Assembly (NCBI RefSeq): GCF_006345805.1
Contig: NC_043003.1
Span: forward strand, 94,922,001-94,986,000
DNA: 64,000 nucleotides
DNA from: Octopus sinensis
Taxonomy: Eukaryota
Direction of reading: 5' to 3'
Part shown: piece by piece, positions 1 through 12,760 of the stretch
Layout of the letters: the number at the start of each line of letters is the position of its first letter
How positions within the stretch are numbered: position 1 is the stretch's first letter
Notes under the pieces: generated by a model
The model's database searches: none
What the model was told of the DNA's origin: nothing
Seen by the model: the letters and a program-made list of their open reading frames with translations, nothing else
Translations under genes and position numbers: made by a program

Positions 1-129
1 AAACAATTTGCAAACATATTTACATTCCCATATAACAGTTAAGAACATCACCATTATTGTATTACGCATGCACGGAAGTGTTTGTTCGACTAGGTGCTGC
101 TGGCTTAATTGCGCACGACTCAGGTTAGA

Positions 130-238
130 GAAGGGGTGCGTATTATACATAAGGTTAAGGTTTTTCAGAAGTACAGCCCCCTAAAAATCCCCTGCATATT
201 ATACTCAAGGGCGGACAATACTCGAGGATTTACAGCAG
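130..238. mobile_element. Right end of a decayed Tc1/mariner-pogo-type non-autonomous DNA transposon
   Basis: Repeated subterminal motif (tgcgtattatac / tgcatattatac) ending in actcgaggatttacagca, resembling TACCGTAAAT...-type termini; the left end is not in the window. Confidence 0.35.
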
Positions 239-505
239 TTTATCAAATAGGTCCATAGATAAAATAACAGTTGAGAAGCCCTGCTCTAGATACTGTGCTT
301 GCTTCTGGAGTGGTGGAGGGTGGGGAGTAAATCAGTAAAAGAAGTGTCAAGTTATACTTAATCAATTACAATTGACATGGTCTGGTTTCATGTTGAAGTT
401 AGGAATCATTACCATAAGTTATACTAGTAGTTCCAGGTTCCAAAGAATTTAATATTCACATTCTCTAACTGCAAAGTGGATTTATAACTCTTATTATTAT
501 TATTA

Positions 506-535
<30 letters not shown>

Positions 536-537
<2 letters not shown>

Positions 538-844
538 TGTGCAACTTGCTAATTCAAGCTTTCACATGTAAATTCGTCTCGTTTAGTTCGTTTATACATT
601 TAGGTAGTTTTATCTTTAACGTATTTGTTTCATTCTGTGCTTTGCATTCTATGCATCATCATCATCCTCCTCCTCATCATCATTATTATTATTATTATTA
701 TTTGTGCAACTTGCTAATTCAAGCTTTCACATGTAAATTCGTCTCGTTTAGTTCGTTTATACATTTAGGTAGTTTTATCTTTAACGTATTTGTTTCATTC
801 TGTGCTTTGCATTCTATGCATCATCATCATCCTCCTCCTCATCA

Positions 845-865
<21 letters not shown>
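536..865. repeat. Apparently perfect 165-bp tandem duplication bounded by (TTA)n
   Basis: tttgtgcaacttgctaattc... starts at 536 and again at 701; each unit ends in (CAT)n(CCT)n(TAT)n. Confidence 0.95.
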
Positions 866-879
<14 letters not shown>

Positions 880-1762
880 TTTACAAAAACATTCTACTTG
901 ATATTATTTCTAATGTCAGAAGCATTGCAACAAGATAAATCACCTAGCTAACATTTAAACACCATGTAACAAATTCTCATTTTTTTCTTTTCAATTTATT
1001 TTATTTAAAAATTTATTTGTGGCTTGTAGGAAAATACTAATGCTTTTTTGCATATGATATTTTCTTTGAATCAGCATTGATGCGCCATGATTTTAAAAAG
1101 AAAGATAGAGAGAAAAGGCAGCAGAGAAAAAAAAAAAATTAGAGGAAAATTCGAAATTTAAGTTTAATATAATTTTGTAAAAATATTTTAAATTTTAGTT
1201 TTGAATTAACTTTGTTACTTTACAAAATAGAAGGCGAGAGAGAAATATATTTGTGTAATTATCTTTTAGTTCACTTTTATTTTCTGCTGTTCTGCTGGAA
1301 GTAATGGATAAGCCTATGGTTTTTCTATGTATATTGTGATTAATGATTTTATATCAGAATAGTGTTACGCAGTTATAGTCTGGCACATCATGCTGCTTTT
1401 ACATACAGCTCTATATTCTGGGTTCTGCTTCTAAATTCTTTTCTTTTTTATTTATTTCTTAGCTTCTTCAAACAGATTCTAAACTTGTTTCTTTTACTTT
1501 TGGTACTTTTCTGGGTATTCTTTTCAGTCTTTTATGTTATTCCATGGTTTCTGTCTCTTTTTGCCTTCTGTAATTTTTTTTCTTTTCTCTTTTATTAACA
1601 TCTTGCTTTCTTCCTTCCTCTTACTTTTCTCCTTCTCACACTTTCCTTTCCTTGATTTCTTTTTTCCTTCAACCTCCTTTTTTTCTTCTTCTCAGCTTCA
1701 TTTCAACTTTTTCTCTACCTCTGATCTCCCTCTTTTCTTTAATTTCTCTCCCTTTTCTCTCT

Positions 1763-2206
1763 TTACTCTTTACTCTTTTACTAGTTTCAGTCATTTGACT
1801 GCGGCCATGCTGGAGCACCGCCTTTAGTCGAGCAAATCGACCCCAGGACTTATTCTTTGTAAGCCTAGTTCTGATTCTATCGGTCTCTTTTGCCAAACTG
1901 CTAAGTTACGGGGATGTAAGCCTAGTACTTATTTTATTGGTCTCTTTTACTGAACCGCTAAGTTACGGGGACGTAAACACACCAGCATCGGTTTTCAAGC
2001 AATGTTGAGGGGACAAACACAAACACACATATATATACATATACATATATACGACAGGCCTCTTTCAGTTTTCGTCTACCAAATCCACTCACAAGGCTTT
2101 GGTCGGCCCGAGGCTATAGTAGAAGACACTTGCCACGCAGTGGGACTGAACCTAGAACCAAGTGGTTGGTAAGCAAGCTACTTAACACACAGCCACTCCC
2201 ACGCCT
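1763..2206 (-). mobile_element. tRNA-derived SINE, family A (dominant family), with an internal ~60-bp duplication
   Basis: Matches the copies at 37205 and 48145; (AAGAGTA)n tail; segment gtaagcctagt...ttacgggga occurs twice. Confidence 0.9.
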
Positions 2207-2439
2207 ATAAAATGTGTGTGACACTTACAGCACCTAGGTTTCCCAAGCGGTCACCCATCTAAGTACTAACTAGGCTCGACGTTGTTTAACTTTGGTGCTT
2301 TCAAAGTGATATGACCATAAGTCCCTTTCGGTTTTTTTTTCTCTCGCTGTTCTGTTCTTTATCCAATATTTAAGATACTACATTGTATAACTGACATCAC
2401 TTTGCAAAGGACTTTCAAACTAATCATTTAGAGCAATGT

Positions 2440-2660
2440 ATCATCATCATCAACATCATCTTTTAACATCTCTTCTCCGTGCTGGCATGGGTTGGACAGT
2501 TTCACAAGAGTTGACCAGCTTAAAGATAGTTCAGACTCCATTTGTCTGTTGTAGCATGGTTTCTACAGCTGGATGCCCTTCCTAATGCCAACCACTTTAC
2601 AGAGTGTATTGGGTGTCTTTATATGGCACTGGTATGTGCATTTTTATGTGGCACCAATGG
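2440..2660 (-). mobile_element. Family C retroposon 3' part with (GAT)n tail
   Basis: ttctacagctggatgcccttcctaatgccaaccac core next to (CAT)n. Confidence 0.8.
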
Positions 2661-3151
2661 CAAAAGATGTAATTGCCTTGTTTTTTACGGTTTTTTTTCA
2701 AGCTTATTTTTTAAATGAAAATTTATTAGTTTTGAAAATATTTATTATCCGCTATGTTTTATGTACACATAAAACTTAGTTGAATTTTTGAGAGAGGGAC
2801 ATTTACTTTAATTTTAAAAATGTTGACATGCTACAGTAAGTAATTATTCAAGAATATTAATTGTAATATCTCTAAGTCATTCAAAAAATAGATTTTAACA
2901 TAAAAATATTGTTTTTTACTTCTAATAGATTTTAAGATGATCTTCCAAAGAAATGCTCAACATTCATATTGATTAATCTAGCTAAAAGAGTGATAACAAA
3001 ATAGATAAAATGAGAAAAATGGGTTAATTTGAGATGAGATATTGATATTAAATTACGTTTCAATTTTAGCATAAGGCTGGCAGTTTTAGAGGGAGTGAAA
3101 CGATTAATTACATCAACGCCCTTCTCCCTGCCCCCACTACTTGACTAGTAC

Positions 3152-3530
3152 TTACTCTTTTACTTGTTTCAGTCATTTGACTGCGGCCATGCTGGAGCAC
3201 CACCTTTAATCGAGCAACTCAACCCCGGGACTTATTCTTTTGTAAGCCCAGTACTTATTCTATCGGTCTCTTTTGCCGAACCGCTAAATAACAGGGACAT
3301 AAACACACCAGCATCAGTTGTCAAGCAATGCTAGGGGTACAAACACAGACACGCATATATATATACATATACGACGGGCTTCTTTCACAGTTTCTGTATA
3401 CCAAATCCACTCACAAGGCTTTGGTCGGCCCGAGTCTATAGTAGAAGACACTTGCCCAAGGTGCCACGCAGTGGGACTGAACCCGGAACCATGTGGTTGG
3501 TAAACAAGCCACTTACCACACAGCCACTCC
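3152..3530 (-). mobile_element. SINE family A, near full length
   Basis: Reverse complement of ggagtggctgtgtggtaag...ccttgggcaagtgtcttc...gactgaaacaagtaaaagag. Confidence 0.9.
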
Positions 3531-4598
3531 TTGAGCTGAAAAATATGAAAGGCAGTGTTGACTTTGACAGGGTTTAAACTGAGAACATAAAGCTGGAAGA
3601 AATAGTGCTAAGCATTTGGTTTGACACTAACGATTTTGCCAGCTTGCTTCCTTATTGGCATTAAATTATCAAAAATAAAATAGAATAAAAAAACATTATG
3701 ATAGGCAAAAAAATACAGTGTAGCAAAATGGGCAGAGTGTTGTTTTCAAATCAGAAATAAGGAACAACACTAGAATCCAAGTCTTCTTCAAAATTTCTTC
3801 TCTGAGAGAGAGACCTATCTAAAGTGTTAGAATTGCATTCTTCTCACATCACACAAACTTTCTCTACTTTGTAAACATCTGAAGTTCTTGTGATTGATTT
3901 ACAGCTTGTAAACCTCACATGTGATCCACAATTGAGCATATGATAAACACAGAGATATCTGAGAGTGCATCCAAAGAATGGCTATTCAGTTAGCTGGCTG
4001 GCATGAAATTTACTCACAAACATACTGTATTTTCCAGTATACAAGTCAAATTTTTTAAACCAAACTTGACAGCCAAGGTAGGGTGACTTATACTTTAAGA
4101 CAACTTTGGAGGAGCAAAATTCCATGTGAAATGCTGCAGAATTTGGAAAGATAGTGATAATGTTTGAATGCTTACACTACATGTGTACACTTACATACCA
4201 GAAAATTAGGTACTCCAAACTCTGTCCTGTAGTCATACCATCTCTTTTTGCCTTTTAGACTGTGACTACAGTGACCTCTACTTTTCAGAATTGGTTGGTT
4301 TTATACCACCTTCGCTTGAGCTCTCTTGATGTACTCTTCTTTCCTCTTCCCTTGAAATTTGGGGGAGGGGGGCTAGTTGATTATATTGACCCCAGTGCCT
4401 TAACAGGTATTTATTTCATTGGTCCCAAAAGGATGATTGGCAAATTCAACCTCAATGGAATTCAGACTCAAGGAGCAGATGTGGAGAAAATGCTTCTAAG
4501 CATTTTACCCAGTATGCTACACATCTTCATATAATAATTAATAGCTGATATAAATGTGGGTTGGTTAATTTCTCTTGTCATGCTTCATATCGCGCGCA

Positions 4599-4629
<31 letters not shown>

Positions 4630-5721
4630 CATACACACACACACCACACACACACACAGAAAGAGTAAAAGAGAGATACAATAATAGTTAACATTAGAAG
4701 AATGGGATGGGTGGCAGGCACCAAGTAAAGAAATGCTAAGAGTGAGAGAAGGGATCATAGACAGAGGAGGGGAAAGAAAGGGAATAAATGGTAGTAGTTA
4801 CAGGAGGAATTATTCAATAAAAAAATTTTGTTTAATTATATTTTAAGGTAATAAATATTTTTCCTTTTGAAAATTAAAATCGATTCCATCATTGTGCATA
4901 ATCACCAAGAAGTTTGATAAAATAATAATTATTATTATTGTATGCATGTATGCCATAGTTTATGGTATTACCCATGATGGCAGAAGTATACTTCCAAAGT
5001 TACTCGTATTCTTGTATTCATAATAATAGTTATGGTGAATATATTGGGTTTCATGCCTATTGACTTTGATCGGCACATTATCTCAGTATGGAGGAGACAA
5101 GAATTGATGCTTTCTCAAAGATGTGAACTAGAAGTAGTGATGATGACGAGGTCAGCTTTCTTTCTTTCTTTCTTTCTTTGTATGGACAACAGGATTTATA
5201 AGAAATGGGAAATGCAATTGTTTGTCATTCAGAAACTTTCTGAAGAACATCAGGGAATAATTACCATGATGTATGTTTACATAAATGCAAGACTACAAGT
5301 TTATAGCTGAGAGAACTGAGATTATGGTTTCTTCATGCAGATGTATTTTTAAGTGAAATTGTTACGACAGAAAATATATGTGAATTGCAGATTCTGTTTG
5401 CTTTGAGCATACCTCTTTTTTATGGCATTCATCATACAAAATGTATTATTATTTTTATTCAGAGGTGATCATCGTTAGCTAAAGATATACTTTTAGCATA
5501 TACTTCATCTTTCAAATTTAGGCACAATGTCAGCAGTTTCGATACCGTTGAACCCAGCCCTAGACTTGTGCTTTATTTTTATGTTCTGAGTTCAAATCCT
5601 GCGTAGTTCAGCTTTGCTTTTCATCCCTCTGGGATCAAATAAAATAAAGTATCAGTTCTGTTCTAGTGTCAATGTTATTAACTAACCTGCTCACACCAAA
5701 AGTATATATATTTTTATTCTA

Positions 5722-6282
5722 TTACTTGTTTCAGTCATTTGACTGCAGCCATGCTGGAGTACCGCCTTGAAGGGTTTTAGTCGAACAAATCGGCCCTAGG
5801 ACATCATCGTCGTTTAACATCCGTTTTCCATGCTAGCATTGGTTGGGTGGTTCGACCGGGGTCTGGGAAGCCAGGAGGTTGCACCAGGCTCCAGTCTGAT
5901 CTGGCTGTGTTTCAACAGCCGGATGCCCTTCCTAATGCCAACCACTCCATGACTGTAATATTTTTTGTAAAGCCTAGTACTTATTCTATTGGTCTCTTTT
6001 TGGAAAACTACTAAATTATGGGGATGTAAGCACATCAATACCAGTTGTCAAGCGGTTATGGGGAGACAAACACAGACACAAAAGCGCACACACACACACC
6101 ACACACACACACACACATACATACATGACAGACTTCTTTCAGTTTTCATCTACTAAATCCATTCAGACAGCTTTGGTTGGCTCGAGGCTATAGTAGAAGA
6201 CACTTGTCCAAGGTGTCACACATTGGGACTGAACCCAGAAACATGTGGTTGGGAAGCAAGCTTCTTACTACACAGCCACACT
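5722..6282 (-). mobile_element. SINE family A interrupted by a family C insertion (~5802-5957)
   Basis: Family A halves flank a catcatcgtcgtttaacatccg...gccaaccactcc segment. Confidence 0.85.
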
Positions 6283-7041
6283 TTTAAATACATTCAAATA
6301 ATTTTAATCCTACCCCTCCACCAAAAATAAAAATAAAGAATTGATGGCTCATGCCATTTTGTTTACTGCCTGTCCCTGGTATAAAATTATCTCTCCACTC
6401 TATCAAACCCACCCTCTTCACACACACACACATAGTTTTTAAGGCCCCTACCCTCTTTTCTTGTTTTTTTCTGCCTTGCAAAGTTACTTGGCAATCCCAC
6501 TAGAGCTGCTGGCATGTAAAAAAGACACCCAGTACACTCTGTAAAGTGATTGGTGTTAGGACAGGCATCAAGCTGTAGATACCATACTGAAACTGACAGT
6601 GGGGTTCTGTAGTTTACCGGATCCTTTCAAATCGTCAAGAACATGCCAGCATGGAAAACAACTATTAAATAATGATAATGATGAGGATGGTTCATATGAT
6701 AAAATATTGAAGTTAATTTATATTCTCATCTTATTACTTCTAAGTATTTGGCGCTTTTGTTTGGAGATTTTGAAAACTGTCCATTTTAGACAAGACATGT
6801 CAGATACATCTATATAATTTGATCTGTTTACCTTCACTTTACAGAGAGGCTGATTGCAATCATGAAGATCCTTAGAATCATGTGAAGTAAAATTATCTTG
6901 AAGCTGTCTTGGAATGAAAAATCCTGCTTCTTCATAATACAGTTCAGCAATTTTAAACCTGCTCAGCTGTTTTATTTGACAGCTTTCTTTTTGTTTCTTC
7001 TGAATATCAAAGAATCTTAAGTTCTTTGATTTCTCTCTAGA

Positions 7042-7400
7042 TGTAGGTATGGCTGTATTGTTAAGAAGCTTACTTTGTAACCACATGGTTTCAGGTTCAG
7101 TCCCACTGGGTGGCACCTTGGGCAATTACCTCTTATTATAAGCCCCAAGCTGACTGGTGCCATGTGAGTGAATTTGGTAGATGGAAACTGTGTCGAAACC
7201 TGTTGAGTGTATGTATGTGTGAGTGATTGTCTTTGTGTCCATCATTGACAACCAATGTTAGCTCTGCAAAAGAAACTATTAGAATAAACACCAAACTTGA
7301 AATACGTACTGGGGTCAATTTGTTAGGCTAAAACCCTATAAAGTGATGGCCCCAGCATGGCTGCCATCCAATGACTGAAACAACTAAAAAGTTAAAGATA
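7042..7400 (+). mobile_element. SINE family A, diverged copy
   Basis: A/B-box head, ccttgggcaa core, atgactgaaacaa tail. Confidence 0.75.
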
Positions 7401-9210
7401 AGATTAATGTGAACGGTTCTGAAGTTGGATATTTTTTTAATTGTACAGCCCTTAGATCAGACCTGTGTTCAAATACTTCCCAGTTGTGAACATCCTACCA
7501 TTTTAAAGGTATCTGGGACTACATTACTTGATGTATCCTACCCAATAACACACACATGCTTTTTTTTTTTTTATCTTGAGACACTAGTTTGATTCAATTG
7601 TTATTTCTGGCAGGTCAGATAATTCTGTAGAAGCCCCCTCATCTCACATTTTGTTTCATTCACAAAGTGGTCTGCTGTTCCTCTTATACAAATTCCATAA
7701 CACTTTCTGTTCTGTACATTCTGATTCAAATTTTTGTAATCTCAGAAAAACCTGACAATATTTTTGTTTTAATTCATGCCAACAAATTAAAATTTTATGT
7801 ATTTTATCATCTAATTTATTTGCAATGTTAATCAATGTCTTTTTCTTTGTAATTAGCTTTTCTTTCTCACTAATGATATCACAGAAGAAAATAGATTGTT
7901 GGTATCCGATTCTGGAAGGAATAATTTCTAGACATTTGAAATAGTTCTTATGCTGGAATCAAAACAATCAAAACAATCTCTTACTATATGTCACTATTAA
8001 TTAGTTGTTTTGTATGGCCTAAGGTGAGCTCCAACGGAACTAATTTATGCATCTTGGACTAATGAATAAAGTAGTCTTGAATATATTAATTAGTTACTTA
8101 ATTAGGCAGAGTTTTGTTTTTTGTCCCCCATTTGAAACACAGGCATAACTTTGTAGTAAGATGTTCTCTTCTTAATCTCATGGTTCGAGGTTCAGTCACA
8201 CTCAGTGGTACCTTGAACAAGTGTCTGACTTGACTAATTCCTCTGAATTGATCTGGTTGTCAGAAAGTGAAAAAAGCAAATTGTGTATGTATAGGCATGT
8301 TTGTTTATTTATATTTGCACCTTTCCAGCTATTGAAAGCTACCAGCAGGAGCGAATGTTGTAATTTCTTCTGTCAAAAAACCATCTATTTTTAACAGCAT
8401 TAAATATGTACCTTTTATCATTTACTTGTTTTAGTCTAATGACTGAAACAAGTAAATCATATTGCGGTTTCACATTCAAAGATGTGAAACAGCAATATGA
8501 AATCCTTTATTTGAAAAACTGGTAATGGTTAGGGATACAAGGGGTACTTGGCTGTAAAAGAAATGCCTCAATAGCATGGAGAAACACACAAAAATATTTT
8601 TTGTCTCACACCTACCCTTAAACAGAGAGTTCAATCTCTTTTTCAAAATCAATAAAATGTTTACAACATTTTGGCAATATGTTTACCTCCTTGTTTGGTT
8701 TATGGACATTCCAACCAAAAAAATCTAAAAGTACAAGTTGCTAATAAAGAAATATTAAAATAGCAAATTCAGTTGCTAAGTTACCTAGAGCTTGACAAAT
8801 TGGAATTATTCAATGCAGGCCACTACAAATACACTTCAATATCAGATGCTTGTTCAGTTCCAATATTTCATCCAATTCCATAAACATGTTTGTAATGACT
8901 ATGAGATAATATTTCATGACTTATGAAGTAAGAGTCTGGAATCTTACTCACGCTGCAGAGTTAATAAATACTATTGCTATGTCTATTTGCTGACCTGTGG
9001 TAGAAATATAAATTATTTTTCTTTGCTTCGAAAAAAGAAAAAAAGGAAAAAAATTTTGCTTGTCATTTTGTTAACTTCTCTGTTATTCTGAAAGTTCAGT
9101 TACTATGGCATATTTGGCATTTGATTTATTTGAGACTAGTTATAGGTAGAAAAATATATGGAGCTAATAAGGAATTTAAGCCAGAAGAATTTTAATATGA
9201 AATAATATTC

Positions 9211-9546
9211 TAGGAGTGGCTGTGTGATAAGAAGTTTGCTTTCGGGTTCAGTCCCACTGCACGGCATTTTGGGCAAGTGTCTTCTGCTATACCCTTGAGT
9301 CAACCAAAGCCTTGTGAGTAGATTTGGTAGACAGAAACTGAAAAAATCCCCTCATATATATCTCTGTGTGTCTGTGTTTGTCCCCCCATCTCTACTTAAG
9401 AACCAGTGTTCATGTGTTTACATCCATGTAACTTAACAGTTTGGCCAAAGAGACTGATAGAATAAGTACTGGGGTGAATTCATTCAATTGAATTTCCTGT
9501 AGGTGATGTTCCAGCATGGCCACAGTCTAATGACTGAAACAAGTAA
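9211..9546 (+). mobile_element. SINE family A
   Basis: ggagtggctgtgtgataag ... atgactgaaacaagtaaa. Confidence 0.85.
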
Positions 9547-10257
9547 ATCATGAAAGATATATATTTAATGCTAAAAATGGAGGGAAACTTTTTTAAGGGA
9601 CATAATATACAAAGACATGGAAGTATAATAATGCTTGTCAACATGAATCAAGATGTAAATTCAAATCTTTAGCATTCTATCTAAACTATATCAAAATATA
9701 TTTCCAGGTTTTCCCATCATATTTTGGTTGTATGTACTAATGATGATGGTGATTTCAGTTTTTGGTAAATCTTTAGGATTTTGCCTAAATTATAACATAT
9801 CCCAAAAAAAAAAATTAACGATCTGTAGTTTTTCAGATTCTTTTTTTTATTGACAATGGTAATTTCATTTTTTGATAAATTGAGACAAAATACAATGCCT
9901 ATGTCATTTGGAGGAGATCTCACCAGATTGGTAAGACTGATGCAGGAAAAATTTGAAGAAGGAAGGAAGAGGAAACCTAGTTCAAATGCTTAACATGAAA
10001 CAAACTCTGCTAAAGCCTCATAAGGGCCAAATGGTGATGTGTTAGAGCTACCACAGCAGCAGAAAATGAAAGGAGAGCCATGGTTTTTTGTTGTGGCAGC
10101 ATTGTGGCTGTGTAGTAAGAAGTTTACTGCATAACCACATGGTTTCTTGTTCAATCCCTCTCTGGTATCATGGTCAAGTGTGTCTTCTATTGTAGTCCCA
10201 AGCTAACCAAAGCTTTTGTGAGTGGATTTGGTGGTTGAAAGCAGTAAGTAGCCTGAT

Positions 10258-10293
<36 letters not shown>

Positions 10294-10302
10294 TATATAT
10301 AT

Positions 10303-10984
10303 AGCACAAATAAAGATTTCAACCTTCATTCAGGGATAGCAAAATCCTTTGAAAGTGCTGGTTAGTTACATATACAAAAAATTTTGAACATTACAGTTAA
10401 TACTCAACTGCAAGGTAACTATATATGTTTTTATATATAGTTGAGTATTAACTGTAATGTTCAATATTCTTTGTATATGTATGTAACTGTAACAAGATGA
10501 GTTTCAGGAACACTGGAGAGGTGTCTGGTTTTATCTTGTCACATACAAGTCGAAGAAAAGGAACCAAGATCTGGCTGTCTTCAATAACAATAAATAGTAG
10601 TTTATTCTTTGGGTTCACAGGTAAAAATATATACATATATATTTCTTATGGGTGAACCGGCAGCCAAATCCGCAGGACTGTACACAAATGTTCACTCGGG
10701 TGAGCCAAGAAGAGAGAGCTTCTCTGTGCGTAGTTTTCCCTGAGAGAAATTTTAGCCATGTCCACTCGTTAGGGCTGCTCTTCCAAAAAGACCGATTTAG
10801 TGGTTACGCTTTCAGGTTGCAGTTCCTGTGCATGCGCATGAGGGAACTTCCGGTGGCCTACCGGAAGTAATCCAATTTTGTGCATGCGCACTGAAACTTC
10901 CACAGTAGCGTCACTACATAACTAACCAATACTTTCATAGGATTTTGCTATCCCTGAATGAGGTTTGTAACTTTTATTTGTGCT
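10303..10984. mobile_element. ~680-bp element with ~66-bp imperfect terminal inverted repeats, inserted in (TA)n
   Basis: 10303-10368 is the reverse complement of 10919-10984; (TA)n on both sides. Confidence 0.75.
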
Positions 10985-11223
10985 TATAATATATATAATA
11001 TATATATATATATAATGTGAAATAGAAAGATGAATAATCTTGTGGCAGATTAATCAAAAGTTTAACCGATACCTTGGTAGCAAAAATCACAGCAGAAGAC
11101 AGCACGGTTGGAGGTACAACCATATGGTGTTGCAACCGTGCGTTGGTGCGGATAATTGAAATTAAAATATTATTGGTGAATTGAAGAAATGGAGCTGAAC
11201 GAAGATTGAACAGAAATCGTTTT

Positions 11224-11314
11224 ATTTCATTCTACACGTGTTTCGAAAGGCACAATTTACCAAAATCCGATTGAATAATGAGACCATATTGTGTCTTTCT
11301 CTTCAGGAAGAAAT
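11224..11314 (-). ncRNA. Minimal type I hammerhead ribozyme (inverted pLTR copy)
   Basis: Reverse complement of 12221-12311. Confidence 0.8.
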
Positions 11315-11387
11315 AGGAAATCCGTTGGAAAAAACAAAAACAGAACAGAGGCGGAGCAAAACAAATCGAACTAGGCTCCTAAGGTGA

Positions 11388-11594
11388 TTGAAGGATACGA
11401 ACTCAAGCTACAGGCTGGAATGGTCAATTTTGTCGGTGGCCCTCCCATTTGATAGGGGCAGAAGGAAGTGCAACCTTTGTGTCTCCGAACTCTTCCATAT
11501 TTTGTTCGCCGGAGGCCGGATGGTAAACGGACTTTTACAGTCGGCTTTTCGATGCCCCCATTGGCGGCGTTACACTTATCTGGCTTTTAAATAG
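11388..11594 (+). pseudogene. C-terminus of Penelope-like GIY-YIG endonuclease
   Basis: LKD..Y.LEWSIL...P...G.RKCNLC.SE..HI......N......CPH matches the PLE pattern W.I....Y...K.C.LC..EK..I....LN.R.E...C.H. Confidence 0.8.
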
Positions 11595-12220
11595 CGTTTA
11601 TAAATAATACCTGCACCCATAGCCCTTGGTAACAAATTCTGAAATAGCCTTTAAGATAATTACGATTAACCACTGCAAGGGGAATTACTCCTGTAAGATA
11701 AACGGGGCTTTGTTTTTTGTTTTTTGACGACGGGGGGTTTCCTTGACCAGGCAGGTTCAGACGAACACACGCACACATAAAACATAATATATTTTTTTCT
11801 GCCACCCAACGGTTCTTACTGCTGTAGCCATTGTGTAGAGCGGCTTAACCACTGACAGCCGAGCGATCAAACGCACACACGTACACAAAAAATGTTTTCT
11901 ACCCCTTGACGGAGGTCTAGCCAACCTGCGCCAGCACACATATATATAACAGTAAACACACGCATGTCTCTAAGTAGATTTTTTCTCGCCCCTTATAAAA
12001 CATCCAATATTCCTTAAATAGTCAGAACTTTATTCTCGGTCACAAAGAACATCTACACACCCTCACCCACAGGAATGACCGCTGCCTGACCCGTTAAAAT
12101 CTTCAACCACCGGTTCTCAACATACACTGATAAACAGTTTTGCCATGGGCTTTTAGGAGCCTAGTTCGATTTGTTTTGCTCCGCCTCTGTTCTGTTTTTG
12201 TTTTTTCCAACGGATTTCCT

Positions 12221-12311
12221 ATTTCTTCCTGAAGAGAAAGACACAATATGGTCTCATTATTCAATCGGATTTTGGTAAATTGTGCCTTTCGAAACACGTG
12301 TAGAATGAAAT
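12221..12311 (+). ncRNA. Minimal type I hammerhead ribozyme
   Basis: Stem I atttcttc/gaatgaaat; CTGAAGA 12229-12235; stem II gaaagacacaat/attgtgcctttc; GAAA 12291-12294; palindromic CACGTG helix III; predicted cleavage after GUA at 12302. Confidence 0.85.
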
Positions 12312-12409
12312 AAAACGATTTCTGTTCAATCTTCGTTCAGCTCCATTTCTTCAATTCACCAATAATATTATATATATATATATATTATGTGTGTGTGTGT
12401 GTGTGTATT

Positions 12410-12760
12410 TATCGCATCATTCAGTGTTTGTTTTCTATGCTGGTGTGGATAAGACATTTTGACTGGGACTGATGAGCCGGAGAGCTGTACCAGGCTCCTG
12501 TGCAATTTGGCTTGGTTTCTATGGCTGGATGCTCTTCCTAATGCTAACCACTCCAAGAGTGTAGTTAGTGTCTTTTGTGTGTCACAAGCATGGTGCCTTC
12601 TACGTGTCACCAGCACTGATCATGACTATGATTTCACTTGGCTTGACGTGGCTTCTCAAGCACAACAAATTGGCAAAGGTCTCAATTGTCATCACCTTTC
12701 TGTAACTCAGCTTCTGAAGATCATGCCTCATCACCTCACCCCATGTCTTCTTGAGTCTGC
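12410..12760 (-). mobile_element. Family C retroposon, diverged
   Basis: tttctatggctggatgctcttcctaatgctaaccactcc core; downstream part shared with the 32830 and 54515 copies. Confidence 0.7.

Larger units (their letters stand above)
11014..12369 (+). mobile_element. 5'-truncated Penelope-like retroelement with inverted pseudo-LTR
   Basis: 217-bp inverted repeat (11166-11382 / 12153-12369) flanking a GIY-YIG C-terminal coding remnant; hammerhead in the repeat; (TA)n flanks. Confidence 0.9.

Noticed and set aside
537-938. 133-aa ORF with poly-H/poly-Y
   Set aside because: Arises from the 165-bp duplication and trinucleotide repeats; TTG start, no recognisable domain.
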